Origin: Gemmataceae bacterium
GTDB taxonomy: Bacteria > Planctomycetota > Planctomycetia > Gemmatales > Gemmataceae
NCBI GenBank assembly: GCA_031362705.1
Contig: JANLTA010000552.1
Coordinates: forward strand, 1 to 33,717
Direction of reading: 5' to 3'
Length of the DNA: 33,717 nucleotides
A model generated the notes under the pieces. That model did not search any database. It worked only from the letters and a program-made list of their open reading frames with translations, and had not been told where the DNA came from. Position 1 is the stretch's first letter. Every line of letters starts with the position of its first letter. Positions 32,851 to 33,717 of the stretch are shown here, one piece after another. The position numbers were made by a program, and so were the translations under genes.

Positions 32851-33065
32851 CTCAACCGCCTTACTGCTGTAGGCTCTCAGATTAACAGCGCCACCTTTGG
32901 CATAACCGGACCAAATCAGCGATAAAAACGACATATCTTGCTGCACAGCATGGGCATTGTGGGTATACTGGGCAAAAATCGGTGCAGGGACGTTTCATGC
33001 CGACGGTCCCACCCGCAGGCGCGGGCTGGAGTTGTGCCTTAAGTAACCAACCCGACAGGTGATAT

Positions 33066-33717
33066 ATGCTTCGTCGCAAGACACGCCCATCCGTTAGTTC
33101 TCGCCGGTTGCCGCTCCGTCTCGAAGCGATGGAATCGCGGTTGGCCCCTGCCATATTCAATGTCACCAACCTCAACGACAACGGTACTGGATCATTGCGG
33201 CAAGCGGTGATCGATGCCAACAATTCAACCGGCGCCGACACTGTTCTGTTTCAAAACACGACGGGGATCATCACACTTTCATCGGGTGGCATCGCCATTG
33301 ACGATGCATTGACGATATTCGGCCCCGGAGCAGGGCAGTTGATTATCAGTGCCAACAGCGCATCGCGCATTTTTACCATCAGCAATGCGGCAACGCCCTT
33401 TCACGTCGGCATCAGCGGCCTGACGCTGACGCAGGGCAACGCCATCGTTGGCGGCGCGATCTCTGTGGAAGGCAACGAGTTAGAATTGCGCGATGTCGCA
33501 CTGTTTAAGAATCAGGCGGATACCGGCGGGGCCATTTATCTCGAATCCGATTCACGTCTGACCATGCTCAACTGTTCGATGACGGGTAACAGCGCCAACA
33601 GTAACGGCGGAGCCGTTCACGCCAACCGTGACTCCGTCATGATCATCAACAGTTGTGCGATAACGGGCAATGCGATCACTGAGGGGGCGGGCGGCGCCTT
33701 CTTCGTACGCACCGGCA
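33066..33717 (+). CDS. secreted right-handed beta-helix protein with a planctomycete N-terminal leader; the 3' end runs off the window
   Basis: Absent from the ORF track because there is no stop in the window. My translation reads MLRRKTRPSVSSRRLPLRLEAMESRLAPAIFNVTNLNDNGTGSLRQAVIDANNSTGADTVLF... followed by repeated G-G-A-I/V and N-x-A/G turns (GGAISVEGN, GGAIYLESD, GGAVHANRD, GGAFFVRTG). Confidence 0.8.
   Translation, partial: MLRRKTRPSVSSRRLPLRLEAMESRLAPAIFNVTNLNDNGTGSLRQAVIDANNSTGADTVLFQNTTGIITLSSGGIAIDDALTIFGPGAGQLIISANSASRIFTISNAATPFHVGISGLTLTQGNAIVGGAISVEGNELELRDVALFKNQADTGGAIYLESDSRLTMLNCSMTGNSANSNGGAVHANRDSVMIINSCAITGNAITEGAGGAFFVRTG

Noticed and set aside
32882-33241. A 119-aa minus-strand ORF spanning the methyltransferase / beta-helix divergent region.
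   Set aside because: It overlaps the 5' end of the well-supported beta-helix ORF on the opposite strand as well as the intergenic region. It has no motif and no start context.

Overview
This 33.7 kb window looks like ordinary chromosomal DNA from a Planctomycetota (Pirellulales-like) genome. That assignment is inferred from a cysteine-rich YTV-repeat envelope protein, a DUF1573 protein and an N-terminal RLEAMESRLAP-type leader on a beta-helix protein. It was not confirmed by any search. I support about 36 protein genes, two of which run off the window edges and are missing from the ORF track, plus 2 tRNAs. Gene order: ilvC with an upstream Sm-like ORF; rnd; an hpf-ptsN-HPr-ptsI regulatory PTS cluster; an RNase E/G gene with a very large low-complexity insertion; secreted DUF1264 and DUF1573 proteins; a YyaL-type thioredoxin-domain protein. 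A long minus-strand block follows: phosphoglycosyl transferase, obg, coaX, an MnmE-like GTPase, an esterase, a GT-C membrane glycosyltransferase and a GT2. Then come a sulfotransferase; tRNA-fMet, cysA and tRNA-Arg; the YTV protein; a tightly coupled four-gene cluster (secreted beta-sandwich protein, TPR-YggX fusion, PSP1/RicT-like protein, polytopic membrane protein); queC-queD; an MBL hydrolase; tsaE; an HExxH protein; a LigD-N/PE-like mini-protein; a SAM methyltransferase; and the start of a beta-helix surface protein. I found no CRISPR array, transposase, integrase, prophage or recognisable defence system. The items most worth follow-up are: (1) the YggX-fusion/RicT-like cluster; (2) the ~311-aa charge-blocked insertion inside the S1 domain of RNase E; (3) the 28-residue periodic YTV protein with Cys-Gly caps; (4) the truncated MnmE-like GTPase overlapping coaX in the obg-coaX-mnmE-like run; (5) the Sm-like ORF coupled to ilvC. 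All functional calls rest on my own reading of the translated ORFs against remembered family motifs. No database search was run.
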